Assembly: GCA_041497895.1 (NCBI GenBank)
Contig: JBGQHJ010000096.1
Coordinates: 1 to 19,052 of the forward strand
From: Candidatus Methylomirabilia bacterium
GTDB lineage: Bacteria; Methylomirabilota; Methylomirabilia; Rokubacteriales; CSP1-6
DNA length: 19,052 nt
Direction: 5' to 3'
In this document: in pieces, positions 1 to 7,824 of the stretch
Position numbering within the stretch: position 1 is the first letter of the stretch
Layout: every line of letters begins with the position of its first letter
Position numbers and translations under genes: made by a program
Notes under the pieces: model-generated
Databases searched by the model: none
What the model saw: only the letters and a program-made list of their open reading frames with translations
Told to the model about the DNA's origin: nothing

Positions 1-203
1 CGGCTCGCGGAGAGGATGCCGACCGCCTCGTCCTTGCGGCGGCCGAGGGCGAGGAGACCGGTGGCCAGCTCGCGCACGATCTCCCCGACCTGGCGCCAGC
101 TACGGGTGCGCCAGGCGCCGCCCTCCTTCCACTGCTGCGCCGCTCGGTCGCCGTCCTTCTCCACCCGGTGCCAGAACATGCTCGCCAGCGTCACGTGGGC
201 CAT
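1..203 (-). CDS. AMP-dependent long-chain acyl-CoA synthetase, N-terminal part (runs off window edge)
   Basis: Manual translation from ATG at 203: MAHVTLASMFWHRVEKDGDRAAQQWKEGGAWRTRSWRQVGEIVRELATGLLALGRRKDEAVGILSASR, a typical long-chain acyl-CoA ligase N-terminus. SD GAGGAGG overlaps the upstream gene's TGA. Confidence 0.8.
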   Translation of the reverse strand, partial: MAHVTLASMFWHRVEKDGDRAAQQWKEGGAWRTRSWRQVGEIVRELATGLLALGRRKDEAVGILSAS

Positions 204-213
204 GGTCGCCTCC

Positions 214-1719
214 TCACGTGTGGGTGCGGAGCTCTTTGCGCAGGATCTTGCCGATCGGGCTCTTCGGCAGCGACTCCACGAAGCGGATCCGCTTCGGACA
301 CTTGAAGCGGGCGAGCCGGCCCTCGCAGAACGCGCCGATCTCCTCCGCGGACGCGCGCTCGCCGCTGCGGAGCACCACGAACGCGAGCACGTCCTCTCCC
401 ATGAGAGGGTCCTTCATGCCGACCACCGCGGCCTCCGCCACCTTGGGGTGGGCGTAGAGCACCTCCTCGACCTCGCGCGGGTAGATGTTGAAGCCGCCGC
501 GGATGATGAGGTCCTTCTTGCGCTCCATGATGAACAGGAAGCCGTCGTCGTCGAGCCGGCCCATGTCCCCGGTGTGGAGCCATCCGGCCCGCACCGTCCG
601 CGCGGTCTCCTCCGGATTGCGGTAGTAGCCGACCATGACGTTCCGCCCGCGGACGCACACCTCGCCCAGCTCGCCGGCGGGCAGCGGCCGGTCCAGATCG
701 TCCTGGATCGAGATCTCGACGCCGGGGATCGCGCGGCCCACCGAGCCGATCCGGCGCGGGCCGGAGAGGCGATGGGCCGACACCACCGGCGAGGCCTCGG
801 TGAGGCCGTAGCCCTCCAGGATCCGGCCGCCGAACTTCCGCTCGAACGGCTCCACGATCTCGACCGGCAGTGGAGCCGCTCCGGAGCCCCAGACTCGCAT
901 CGAGCGGGTATCGAAGCGATGGGCCTCCGGGAAGTTCAGCAGGTAGATCAGCATCGTGGGCACCGCCGACATCGAAGCCGCTCGGAACTCCTGGATGGTC
1001 TGCAAGACCGCTTCCGGATTGAACCACCGGAGCAGCGCAGCCCGCGAGCCCAGGATGTGGCCGGCGTTCATGACCGTGAGCCCGTAGGAGTGCGACAGCG
1101 GCAGGACCGCCACCGCCCAGTCCTCGCGGCCGAGCTCGTTGAGCGAGGCGGCCGCCCGCGCGTTGGACTCGAGGTTGTCGTGAGAGAGGGCCACTCCCTT
1201 GGGCACCCCGGTGGTCCCCGAGGTGTAGAGGATCACCGCGAGATCGTCGGGGCGGCGATCGACCGTGGGGAAGGCGTCCGACTCCCCCGCCTTCTCGGCG
1301 GCCAGCGAGCGGGTCTGGCCGTCCCCGCCGCCGTCCACGAGGAGGACGTGCAAGAGCGTGGGCAGGACCCCGATCTGCGCCTCGACCTTCCAGAGCATGT
1401 CGGCGGCGGTGATCACCACCTTCGCCTCGGAATCGGCCAGGATGTGGGCGACCTCCCGATCGCCCAGCAGGAAGATGACCGGCACGATGACGCCCCCGCA
1501 CTTGAGGATGGCCCCGTAGCTCTGGGTCACCTCCGGGCAGTTCGGCAGCATCACCACCACGCGATCCCCGACGCCGACGCCCAGCCGGCGCAGGGCGTGG
1601 GCCAGCCGGGAGGCCTCCCGCTGCTGGTCCAGGTTCGTGTATCGGCGTCCTTCGAAGGCCAGCGCGACGTACTCGCCGTACTTGTCGAGGCTCTCTTCCG
1701 CCAGGTGGGCGAGAGACAT
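214..1719 (-). CDS. fadD: Long-chain fatty-acid--CoA ligase (ANL superfamily)
   Basis: Motifs YTSGTTGVPKG, EGYGLTE, GWLHTGD, RKKDLIIRGGFNIYPREVE and PKSPIGKILRK. ATG 1719 (MSLAHL) is preferred to GTG 1731. Confidence 0.92.
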   Translation of the reverse strand: MSLAHLAEESLDKYGEYVALAFEGRRYTNLDQQREASRLAHALRRLGVGVGDRVVVMLPNCPEVTQSYGAILKCGGVIVPVIFLLGDREVAHILADSEAKVVITAADMLWKVEAQIGVLPTLLHVLLVDGGGDGQTRSLAAEKAGESDAFPTVDRRPDDLAVILYTSGTTGVPKGVALSHDNLESNARAAASLNELGREDWAVAVLPLSHSYGLTVMNAGHILGSRAALLRWFNPEAVLQTIQEFRAASMSAVPTMLIYLLNFPEAHRFDTRSMRVWGSGAAPLPVEIVEPFERKFGGRILEGYGLTEASPVVSAHRLSGPRRIGSVGRAIPGVEISIQDDLDRPLPAGELGEVCVRGRNVMVGYYRNPEETARTVRAGWLHTGDMGRLDDDGFLFIMERKKDLIIRGGFNIYPREVEEVLYAHPKVAEAAVVGMKDPLMGEDVLAFVVLRSGERASAEEIGAFCEGRLARFKCPKRIRFVESLPKSPIGKILRKELRTHT

Positions 1720-1778
1720 CGGTCGGATCACCAGTTCGCAATGAGTTTCAAGAGGTTACCCGTATAGCACGAGCGTCG

Positions 1779-1793
1779 TAACGCGACGCGATA
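1779..1793. promoter_or_regulatory. Candidate PhaR operator 1 (TAACGC-GAC-GCGATA)
   Basis: Imperfect palindrome between the divergent fadD and phasin genes; matches the sites at 1810 and 5209. Confidence 0.5.
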
Positions 1794-1799
1794 AAACGC

Positions 1800-1828
1800 T
1801 TGACCGTGATTACGCACTGCGTTATCTT
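1800..1828 (+). promoter_or_regulatory. Sigma70 promoter of phasin-like gene
   Basis: TTGACC (1800-1805), 17 bp, TATCTT (1823-1828); SD AGGAG at 1857-1861. Confidence 0.75.
1810..1824. promoter_or_regulatory. Candidate PhaR operator 2 (TTACGC-ACT-GCGTTA)
   Basis: Palindrome lying in the spacer and touching the -10 of the phasin promoter. Confidence 0.55.
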
Positions 1829-1868
1829 CAAGCGTGTCGTGGTCGAATCGACATCCAGGAGCGAGACG

Positions 1869-2318
1869 ATGACCAACCCCATGCAGATGAGCGAGCTGAT
1901 GGCCGAGCTGACCGGCCGCACCGTCGAGGCCTTCTCCGTGTGGGCCGACGCCAACCAGAAAGTCCTCCGGGAGCTCGTGGATCTCTCCGCGAGCACCGCG
2001 AAGGAGGGCGTGCGCCTGTACGCCGAGATCCAGTCCTCGGCGCTCGAGGCGGCCAAGGACGGCCAGGCCTACCTGATGCGTCGACAGGGCGCGATGCAGG
2101 AAGCGACCCGCGATCCGCTCGGGGCCTACCAGAAGGGGGCGCTCGAGTCGGTGGAGACCGCGCAGAAGACCTTCCGGCTCTTCGAGGGCACCGCGCAGGC
2201 CGTGACCCGATCCGCGGAGCGCCTCCAGGTGACCACCGAGCGGGCCGGGCAGGAGATCCAGGCCACGTTCGTCCAGCTCGCCGGCAAGGTGAAGTCGCTC
2301 TACACTCCGCTCGCCTGA
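1869..2318 (+). CDS. phaP: Phasin-like PHA granule-associated protein (149 aa)
   Basis: Ala/Glu/Gln-rich, probably amphipathic helical protein; SD before ATG 1869; adjacent to phaR in a pha cluster. The call rests on composition and context. Confidence 0.65.
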   Translation: MTNPMQMSELMAELTGRTVEAFSVWADANQKVLRELVDLSASTAKEGVRLYAEIQSSALEAAKDGQAYLMRRQGAMQEATRDPLGAYQKGALESVETAQKTFRLFEGTAQAVTRSAERLQVTTERAGQEIQATFVQLAGKVKSLYTPLA

Positions 2319-2326
2319 TCCATCGG

Positions 2327-2361
2327 AGCGCGGGTCGGGACCGCCCGACCCGGCCCGCGCT
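2327..2361. terminator. GC-rich hairpin between convergent phasin and phaR
   Basis: CGGGTCGGG-ACCG-CCCGACCCG (2331-2352) inside AGCGCGGG...CCCGCGCT; no U-tract. Confidence 0.5.
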
Positions 2362-2362
2362 G

Positions 2363-2866
2363 CTACTTCTCGCGCTTCTTCTCGAGCCGCTCTTCCAGGG
2401 CGCGCAGCTGCTCGCGCAGCACCGAGATCTCCTCGCGGAGCACGTCGGCCTCCGCGGTGTCGGCGCGCTTCTCCGCCTTCGCGGGCTCGGGGGCGGGGGA
2501 CGCGACGGTCTGCCACCCAGCGCGCGAGGCCCACTCCCGCAGCACGCGATCGGCCTCGCGCTGACTGGTCATGAGTCCCTCGAGGCTCGAGCGGAGCGAC
2601 TTCTGCACGAAGTCCTGCCAGGCCTCCCCGTGCTTGATGAGCTGATGCAGGAACGCGGTGGGCAGCGTGGCGCGGTGATTCCGCTCGTTCTCGAGGATGA
2701 TCTGCGCAAGGGTGACCGACGTGAGGTCCTCGCCGGTCGACACGTCCACCACCGAGATCTCCCGGCCGGCTCGGATCAGCTCCTCGAGTTCCTCGAGCGT
2801 GACGTAGCGGCTCTCCTGCGTGTCGTAGAGCTTGCGGTTGGAGTAGCGCTTGATGACGTACGCCAT
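2363..2866 (-). CDS. phaR: PHA synthesis regulator PhaR (PHB_acc_N DNA-binding domain), 167 aa
   Basis: N-terminus MAYVIKRYSNRKLYDTQESRYVTL...VVDVSTGEDLTSVTLAQII is the PhaR signature; C-terminal coiled coil. Confidence 0.93.
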   Translation of the reverse strand: MAYVIKRYSNRKLYDTQESRYVTLEELEELIRAGREISVVDVSTGEDLTSVTLAQIILENERNHRATLPTAFLHQLIKHGEAWQDFVQKSLRSSLEGLMTSQREADRVLREWASRAGWQTVASPAPEPAKAEKRADTAEADVLREEISVLREQLRALEERLEKKREK

Positions 2867-2876
2867 GATCGAAGTC

Positions 2877-2905
2877 AGTCTAGCACCGCGGTCTAGCCCC
2901 GACAA
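2877..2905 (-). promoter_or_regulatory. Sigma70 promoter of phaR
   Basis: TTGTCG (2905-2900), 17 bp, TAGACT (2882-2877) with a TGn extension; 10 nt to the ATG. Confidence 0.65.
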
Positions 2906-2952
2906 GGCGCGCGGGCCGCGCGCGGCGCGAACGCGAGGCGCGACGACGACCG

Positions 2953-3534
2953 CTACTTCGGGCGCGGGCGAGAGGCCGCGGCGGGCGTCGCGGCGGAGAG
3001 CGCGGAGAGGCCGAGCATGCCCATGATGGTGGCGCCCTGGGCCATCCACGCCAGGGGCTGCAGCGTCCAGAGCGCGAGCGCGCTCATCGACTGGGCGGGC
3101 CGCGCGTAGTCGATCGGGGTGCGCGACGGCATCACGACCGCTTCGCCGGTCAGCACGTCCTCGGCCCGCTGGTTGGTGCAGACGGTCCGCAGGCGGATCC
3201 GGTTCTTCTCGCGGTTGACCTCGATCACCTCGACGCGGGCCGAGATCGAATCGCCCGACTTCACCGGCTTGAGGAACTTGAGGTCCTGGGAGAGGTAGAT
3301 CGCGCCGGGGCCCGGTAGCCGGGTGCCGATGACGGCGGAGATGAGGCCCGCGGTCCAGATCCCGGGCGCGATCGGCTCCTTGAACACCGTCGCCGCCGCG
3401 TACGCCCGGTCCGAGTGCACCGGGTTGTAGTCCCCGACCGCATCCACGAATGAGGCGATGTCGCCGTCACCGACGCGCCGGGTGATCTGGGCGCTGTCGC
3501 CCACCGCGATCGCGTCCATCGTCAGGCCGATCAT
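2953..3534 (-). CDS. phaJ: MaoC-family (R)-specific enoyl-CoA hydratase with hydrophobic C-terminal extension (193 aa)
   Basis: Hydratase-2 motif GDYNPVH, plus GTRLPGPGAIYLSQDLKFLKPV; ATGA overlap with the phaE stop. Confidence 0.85.
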   Translation of the reverse strand: MIGLTMDAIAVGDSAQITRRVGDGDIASFVDAVGDYNPVHSDRAYAAATVFKEPIAPGIWTAGLISAVIGTRLPGPGAIYLSQDLKFLKPVKSGDSISARVEVIEVNREKNRIRLRTVCTNQRAEDVLTGEAVVMPSRTPIDYARPAQSMSALALWTLQPLAWMAQGATIMGMLGLSALSAATPAAASRPRPK

Positions 3535-4064
3535 GCGCGCTCCGGGCGCCCGGCCCCGCCGTCGAGACGACGGAGGGCCCGGTCCAGCTTGTCCTCGAGC
3601 CCGTCGATCTTCTCCTCGACCTGGGCCAGGTGACGGGCGAGCGCGACGACCTGAGCGCGCGACGGCATGCCGAGGCCGGCCAGCGAGGCATCGATCTGCT
3701 GCTCCGCCGCCTTCTTGACGGGGCCCGAGACGTTGAGGAAGCCCTCGAGCTGCTTGCCCATCATCTTGGCGAAGGTGTCGGTGCCCATCGCCTGCTCCAG
3801 CACGCGCGACCACGCCGCGATCCACTGATCGAGGAACTGCTTCCACTGGGCCATCAGGTCCGGCGACGGCGCGCTTCCCTGCGTCATCACCTTGGACCAG
3901 GCGGCCATGCCCTGGTCCATGAACGGTCGCCAGAAGGCCTGCGGATCCATGGGAGGCGTCGCGGCCGCCGGCCCCTGCCCCATCATCCGGAGCCAGGCCT
4001 GGGTGCCCTCCTCGACCTGGCGCTTCCACATGTCGAGCAGCTGCTGGCTGGTGTTGTCGGCCAT
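3531..4064 (-). CDS. phaE: PHA synthase second subunit (short PhaE / class IV PhaR-like), 177 aa
   Basis: Trp/Met/Gln-rich N-terminal half; C-terminal GMPSRAQVVALARHLAQVEEKIDGLEDKLD coiled coil; directly follows phaC; SD GGAGGAGG. Confidence 0.75.
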   Translation of the reverse strand: MADNTSQQLLDMWKRQVEEGTQAWLRMMGQGPAAATPPMDPQAFWRPFMDQGMAAWSKVMTQGSAPSPDLMAQWKQFLDQWIAAWSRVLEQAMGTDTFAKMMGKQLEGFLNVSGPVKKAAEQQIDASLAGLGMPSRAQVVALARHLAQVEEKIDGLEDKLDRALRRLDGGAGRPERA

Positions 4065-4086
4065 GACGTCCTCCTCCCGGCCGCGG

Positions 4087-5187
4087 CTACGACCGCGCGG
4101 CCAGCCAGGACGCCACCTTCGGCCAGCAATGCACCGAGGCGCCGCGTCCGGCGATCAGCGAGATGTGTCCTCCCGGCAGCTCCACGTACTCCTTGTCACG
4201 CGTGCTCACGACGTCGATGAGCGGCTTCACGCACGCGGGCGGCGCGATGTTGTCCTCCTTGGCCCCCACCGCGAACACCGGGCAGCGGATCTCCCGCAGG
4301 TCCACCCGGCGACCCGCCATCACCAGCTCGCCCTTGATCAGGCGGTTCTGCTGGTAGAAGTCCTTGACCCAGTGGCGGAAGAACTCTCCCGGGAACGGCA
4401 GGTACTCGTTAGCCCACTTGTTCAGCGCGTTGAAGCCGGCCACGTAGTCCGGGTTCCAGAGGTTCCACCAGAGATTCAGATTGGTGTTGAGATCCATGGT
4501 GGGCTTGAGGAGCTTGAAGCCCATCTTGACCATCTCGGCCGGGATGCTGCCAAGGGTGTCGACGTACTTGTCCACGTCGAAGACGCTCGCGTCCAGCCAC
4601 TTGCCGAACAGGCCCACGTGGGCAAAGTCGATGGGGCCCGCCATGTCCACGTAGTTCTTCAGCGGGAAGTCCGGATGGGTGGCCACGAAGCTCGCGGAGA
4701 GCGGGGCGCCCATGCAGTAGCCGAGCACCGACATCTCGGACGCGCCCGAGGCCTCGAGCGCCTTCCGGGCCAGCCGCGGGAGGATCTTGGTCACCGCGTC
4801 CTCGACGGTGAGGCCGTTGTCCTCCTCGCCGAACACTCCCCAGTCCACCAGGAAGAAGTCGAAGCCCTGCCCCGTCATGTGCTCGACGAACGAGCCCTTG
4901 GGCATGAGATCGAAGATGTAGGGCCGGCTGATGCCGAGATTGGGCACGAAGAGGAGCGGGGTGCGCACCGTGCGCTTCGACTCGTACCGCCAGAGGCGCG
5001 ACTTGTTGGTCCGGTAGACCAGCTGCCGCGGGGTCGGCCCGACCTCGGGCTCCTTCGGGTTCATCACCATCTCGCTGAAGTGCTTCAGGCGGAGGAGATT
5101 GCGGTTGGCCTCCTCCCGCATCCGCGCCAACAGCTCCGGCGACACCGCCGGCATCTCTCCCATCATCGTGAAGAGCTCGTCCTTCAT
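4087..5187 (-). CDS. phaC: Class III/IV PHA synthase catalytic subunit, 366 aa
   Basis: VGPTPR, RPYIFDL, lipase box GYCMG, Asp in EDNIAPP, His in GGHISL, KDFYQQNRL; about 40 kDa, as in class III/IV PhaC. Confidence 0.93.
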   Translation of the reverse strand: MKDELFTMMGEMPAVSPELLARMREEANRNLLRLKHFSEMVMNPKEPEVGPTPRQLVYRTNKSRLWRYESKRTVRTPLLFVPNLGISRPYIFDLMPKGSFVEHMTGQGFDFFLVDWGVFGEEDNGLTVEDAVTKILPRLARKALEASGASEMSVLGYCMGAPLSASFVATHPDFPLKNYVDMAGPIDFAHVGLFGKWLDASVFDVDKYVDTLGSIPAEMVKMGFKLLKPTMDLNTNLNLWWNLWNPDYVAGFNALNKWANEYLPFPGEFFRHWVKDFYQQNRLIKGELVMAGRRVDLREIRCPVFAVGAKEDNIAPPACVKPLIDVVSTRDKEYVELPGGHISLIAGRGASVHCWPKVASWLAARS

Positions 5188-5194
5188 GGCTCCT

Positions 5195-5224
5195 ATCCTA
5201 GCGCGTCGTGACGCTTCGCGTCAA
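5195..5224 (-). promoter_or_regulatory. Sigma70 promoter of phaC-phaE-phaJ
   Basis: TTGACG (5224-5219), 18 bp, TAGGAT (5200-5195); 7 nt to the ATG. Confidence 0.65.
5209..5223. promoter_or_regulatory. Candidate PhaR operator 3 (TGACGC-TTC-GCGTCA)
   Basis: Perfect 6-3-6 palindrome overlapping the phaC -35. Confidence 0.55.
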
Positions 5225-5244
5225 CCCTGCGCGTCAGCCGACCC

Positions 5245-5292
5245 CGCCGGCCCCCGGCCCTCCCCGGACGAGGGGAAGGGGCCGGGGCGGCG
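5245..5292 (-). terminator. Long GC hairpin downstream of SCP2 gene
   Basis: CGCCGGCCCCCGGCCCTCCCC-GGACGA-GGGGAAGGGGCCGGGGCGGCG, an imperfect stem 7 nt after the stop; no U-tract. Confidence 0.55.
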
Positions 5293-5299
5293 CCGACGG

Positions 5300-5620
5300 C
5301 TAGACCTGGAAGAGGCTTCCCACCTTCATGGCGAGGCCCATGTCGCCCTTGAGCTTGAGCTTCCCGGACATGAAGGCCATCTGCCCGGAGAGCTTGCCCC
5401 CGGTCATGTCGAGCCAGTCCTGCGACGACATGGTGAGGGTGAGGTTGGGACTGGTCGCCGCGCCCTGGCTCACGTTGCAGGCGCCGTCCTTGATCACCGC
5501 GTTCCAGGTCCCACCCTGATCCCCCGTGATGTCGTACTGGATGGTGGCGTTCACCCCCGCGGCCTTGTCGGCGCGGAACCGGGACGCCATGTTGTCGAAG
5601 GTCTCCTTCACTGTCGGCAT
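5300..5620 (-). CDS. SCP2 sterol/lipid carrier domain protein (106 aa)
   Basis: Motif MAFMSGKLKLKGDMGLAMK; SD AAGGAG before ATG 5620. Confidence 0.9.
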   Translation of the reverse strand: MPTVKETFDNMASRFRADKAAGVNATIQYDITGDQGGTWNAVIKDGACNVSQGAATSPNLTLTMSSQDWLDMTGGKLSGQMAFMSGKLKLKGDMGLAMKVGSLFQV

Positions 5621-5652
5621 GACCGCTGCTCCTTTCCGGTGTCGAGCGTTTC

Positions 5653-6402
5653 CTAGAAGGTGAAGAGGTCCATGCCCCCGGTGACGGTGAGCACGGCCCC
5701 CGTGATGTAGCGCGCGCGCTCCGAGCACAGGAACGCCACCGCGCTCGCGATGTCTTCGGGCTGCCCCTCCCGTTGCATGGCCACCCGCTTGACCATGCGG
5801 TCGTACAGCGGCGACATGTTCGCGTTCGGCCCCACGATCCCGGGGGCGATCACGTTCGAGGTGACATTGTACCGCGCCCCCTCGAGCGCCACCGACTTGG
5901 CGAAGCCGATGACGCCCATCTTGCTGGTCGAGTACGCGGTCTGCCCGAACCCACCCATGAGCCCGGCGATGGAGGCCATGCAGATCACCCGCCCCCATCG
6001 GCGCTCGCGCATACCCGGGAACACCAGCTTGGTGACGTTGTAGGTCCCGGTGAGGTTGATGCGGAGGTTCAGGTCCCAGTCGTCGTCCACGGCGTCCTTG
6101 AGCTGGCCCATCGTGTAGATCCACCCCGCGTTGTTGACGCAGATGTCGACGGGGCCGACTTCCCGCTCGGCGCGCTCGAGCACCTCGGCCAGGACGGTCC
6201 GGTCGGTGATGTCGGCCGCGTAGCCGCGCGCGGTGCCCCCCGCGTCCGTGATCTCCTTCGCGGTCTCGGCCGCGCCGTCCGCGTTGAGATCCAGCACGAT
6301 CACCCGGCAGCCTTCCGATGCCAGGGTGAGGGCGTCCTGCTTGCCGAGGCTCCGGGCCCCGCCGGTCACCAGCGCGGTCTTCCCGGCGATACCGAGGTCC
6401 AC
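5653..6402 (-). CDS. SDR oxidoreductase, FabG/PhaB-like 3-oxoacyl-CoA reductase
   Basis: TGGARSLG, NNAG, GGFGQTAYSTSK (YxxxK), VIAPG; GTG start. Confidence 0.88.
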   Translation of the reverse strand: MDLGIAGKTALVTGGARSLGKQDALTLASEGCRVIVLDLNADGAAETAKEITDAGGTARGYAADITDRTVLAEVLERAEREVGPVDICVNNAGWIYTMGQLKDAVDDDWDLNLRINLTGTYNVTKLVFPGMRERRWGRVICMASIAGLMGGFGQTAYSTSKMGVIGFAKSVALEGARYNVTSNVIAPGIVGPNANMSPLYDRMVKRVAMQREGQPEDIASAVAFLCSERARYITGAVLTVTGGMDLFTF

Positions 6403-6414
6403 TTAAGAATCCAC

Positions 6415-7188
6415 CTAGCGGCCCTTGAATTCGGCGGGCCGCTTCTGGAAGAAGGCCTGGATGCCCTCACCGGCGTCCTCGGTCCGCAGCGTGTGTAAGA
6501 AAGCACGCACTTCGATCTCGATGGCCTGATCGATCGGGGCCTGGAGACCGTCGTCCACCGCCTCGATGATGAGCCGGGTGGCGATGGGCGGCCGCTTGGC
6601 GAGCTCCCGGGCGAGCGCGCGGGCGTCGTTGAGCGTCTCGCCTTCCTTCGACAGCCGGTTGACGAGCCCGGTCCGGTAGCACTCCTCGGCGGACACCTGG
6701 GTCCCCAGGATGAGGTGCTCGAGCGCCCGGCCGCGGCCCATGAGGCGCGGGTAGCGCTGGGTGCCGCCGAAGCCCGGGATGATGCCCAGGTTCGACTCGG
6801 TCTGCCCCATTCGCGCGCCTTCCTTGAGGATGCGGATGTGGCAGCCCATGGCGATCTCGCAGCCTCCTCCCAGGGCGTGGCCGTTGATCGCGGCCACCAC
6901 CGGCTTGGGGAAGCGCTCGATGCGCCGGACCACGCTGTTGCCGAAGCGGATGAAGGTGCCCACGTCCGCGCCCTGGAAGGCCGAGCCGAGGTCGGCGCCC
7001 GCGCAGAAGATCTTGTCGCCCGCACCGGTGATGATCACCGCGCGCACGCCGTCGTCGGACTCCAGCTCGGAGAGCGCCGCGTTCAGCTCGCGCATGAGCG
7101 TCTCGCTGATCGCGTTCGCGGGGGGTCGGTTCAGGGTGATGATCGCGAAGCGCTCCTCGCGGGTCAGGATGAGGGTCTCGTACGCCAT
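6415..7188 (-). CDS. Enoyl-CoA hydratase (crotonase), both catalytic Glu present
   Basis: [50 protein letters not shown]. Confidence 0.92.
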   Translation of the reverse strand: MAYETLILTREERFAIITLNRPPANAISETLMRELNAALSELESDDGVRAVIITGAGDKIFCAGADLGSAFQGADVGTFIRFGNSVVRRIERFPKPVVAAINGHALGGGCEIAMGCHIRILKEGARMGQTESNLGIIPGFGGTQRYPRLMGRGRALEHLILGTQVSAEECYRTGLVNRLSKEGETLNDARALARELAKRPPIATRLIIEAVDDGLQAPIDQAIEIEVRAFLHTLRTEDAGEGIQAFFQKRPAEFKGR

Positions 7189-7215
7189 CGGTGGACTCTC
7201 CTCTTGCGTGGGAAG

Positions 7216-7800
7216 CTAGGGGCGGGCGGCCACGCCCTGCAGGAACAGGTCGGCCACCGCCGGAGCGGTGTCCGCGAGCCGGTAGCCGCGCTTGCCGAGG
7301 ACCCAGGACGTGGCCACCTGGTCCATGGCGCCGAAGAGCATCTTGGTGGCCACCTTCACCGGGAGGTCGGCCTTGAAGTGTCCCTGGCCGACGCCTTCCT
7401 CGAGCACGGAGCCGATGAGGGCGAAGTACGCCGCGACCTCCTGGCTGGAGGCGCCCCGGAAGAACTTCTGGCCCTGCCGCAGCTCGATCTGCACCACCTC
7501 GGCGAGATCGGGATCTTCCTCCAGCATGTGGAAGTGGAGATGGACGAGGCGACGAACCTTGGCGACCGCGTTCGGCTCGTCGCTGATGGCGCAACGCAGG
7601 GACGCCACGAACGTCGCCATCTTCTCGCGGAACAGCGTGATGAGGATGTCTTCCTTGGTCTTGAAGTAGAGGTAGATCGTGCCGGCGGCGATGCCCGCCT
7701 CACGCGCGATGTCCGACACCCGCGAGTTGAAATAACCCTGTCGCGCGAAGACCCGAACCGCGGCCTCGATGATCTGCTGGGGCTTGTCTGGATCACGCAT
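7216..7800 (-). CDS. fadR: TetR-family regulator, Bacillus FadR(YsiA)-like (194 aa)
   Basis: HTH IIEAAVRVFARQGYFNSRVSDIAREAGIAAGTIYLYFKTKEDIL; C-terminal LAEVVQIELRQ; precedes a crotonase as in Bacillus fadR-fadB. Confidence 0.85.
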   Translation of the reverse strand: MRDPDKPQQIIEAAVRVFARQGYFNSRVSDIAREAGIAAGTIYLYFKTKEDILITLFREKMATFVASLRCAISDEPNAVAKVRRLVHLHFHMLEEDPDLAEVVQIELRQGQKFFRGASSQEVAAYFALIGSVLEEGVGQGHFKADLPVKVATKMLFGAMDQVATSWVLGKRGYRLADTAPAVADLFLQGVAARP

Positions 7801-7808
7801 GGGAAGAG

Positions 7809-7824
7809 ATGAACCGCGGTTCAT
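7809..7824. promoter_or_regulatory. TetR/FadR autoregulatory operator ATGAACCGCGGTTCAT
   Basis: Perfect 16-bp palindrome overlapping the -10 and the predicted start site. Confidence 0.75.

Noticed and set aside
16..1767. 583-aa plus-strand ORF and similar long ORFs (3892-5211, 11278-13788, 11459-13564, 13395-15437, 16417-17733)
   Set aside because: Antisense or shifted-frame shadows of well-supported genes, expected at high GC; Arg/Pro/Gly-rich with no motifs.
2880..2896. CTAGCACCGCGGTCTAG in the phaR promoter sharing ACCGCGGT with the FadR operator
   Set aside because: Only the GC-rich core matches; the ATGA/TCAT arms are missing.
2921..2940. CGC-N3-GCG cores upstream of phaR as autoregulatory sites
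   Set aside because: They lack the TRA/TYA flanks and are expected by chance at this GC content; unresolved rather than excluded.
6490..6515. AT-rich patch with rare codons near the crotonase 3' end
   Set aside because: No recognisable promoter or operator; too short to distinguish from noise.
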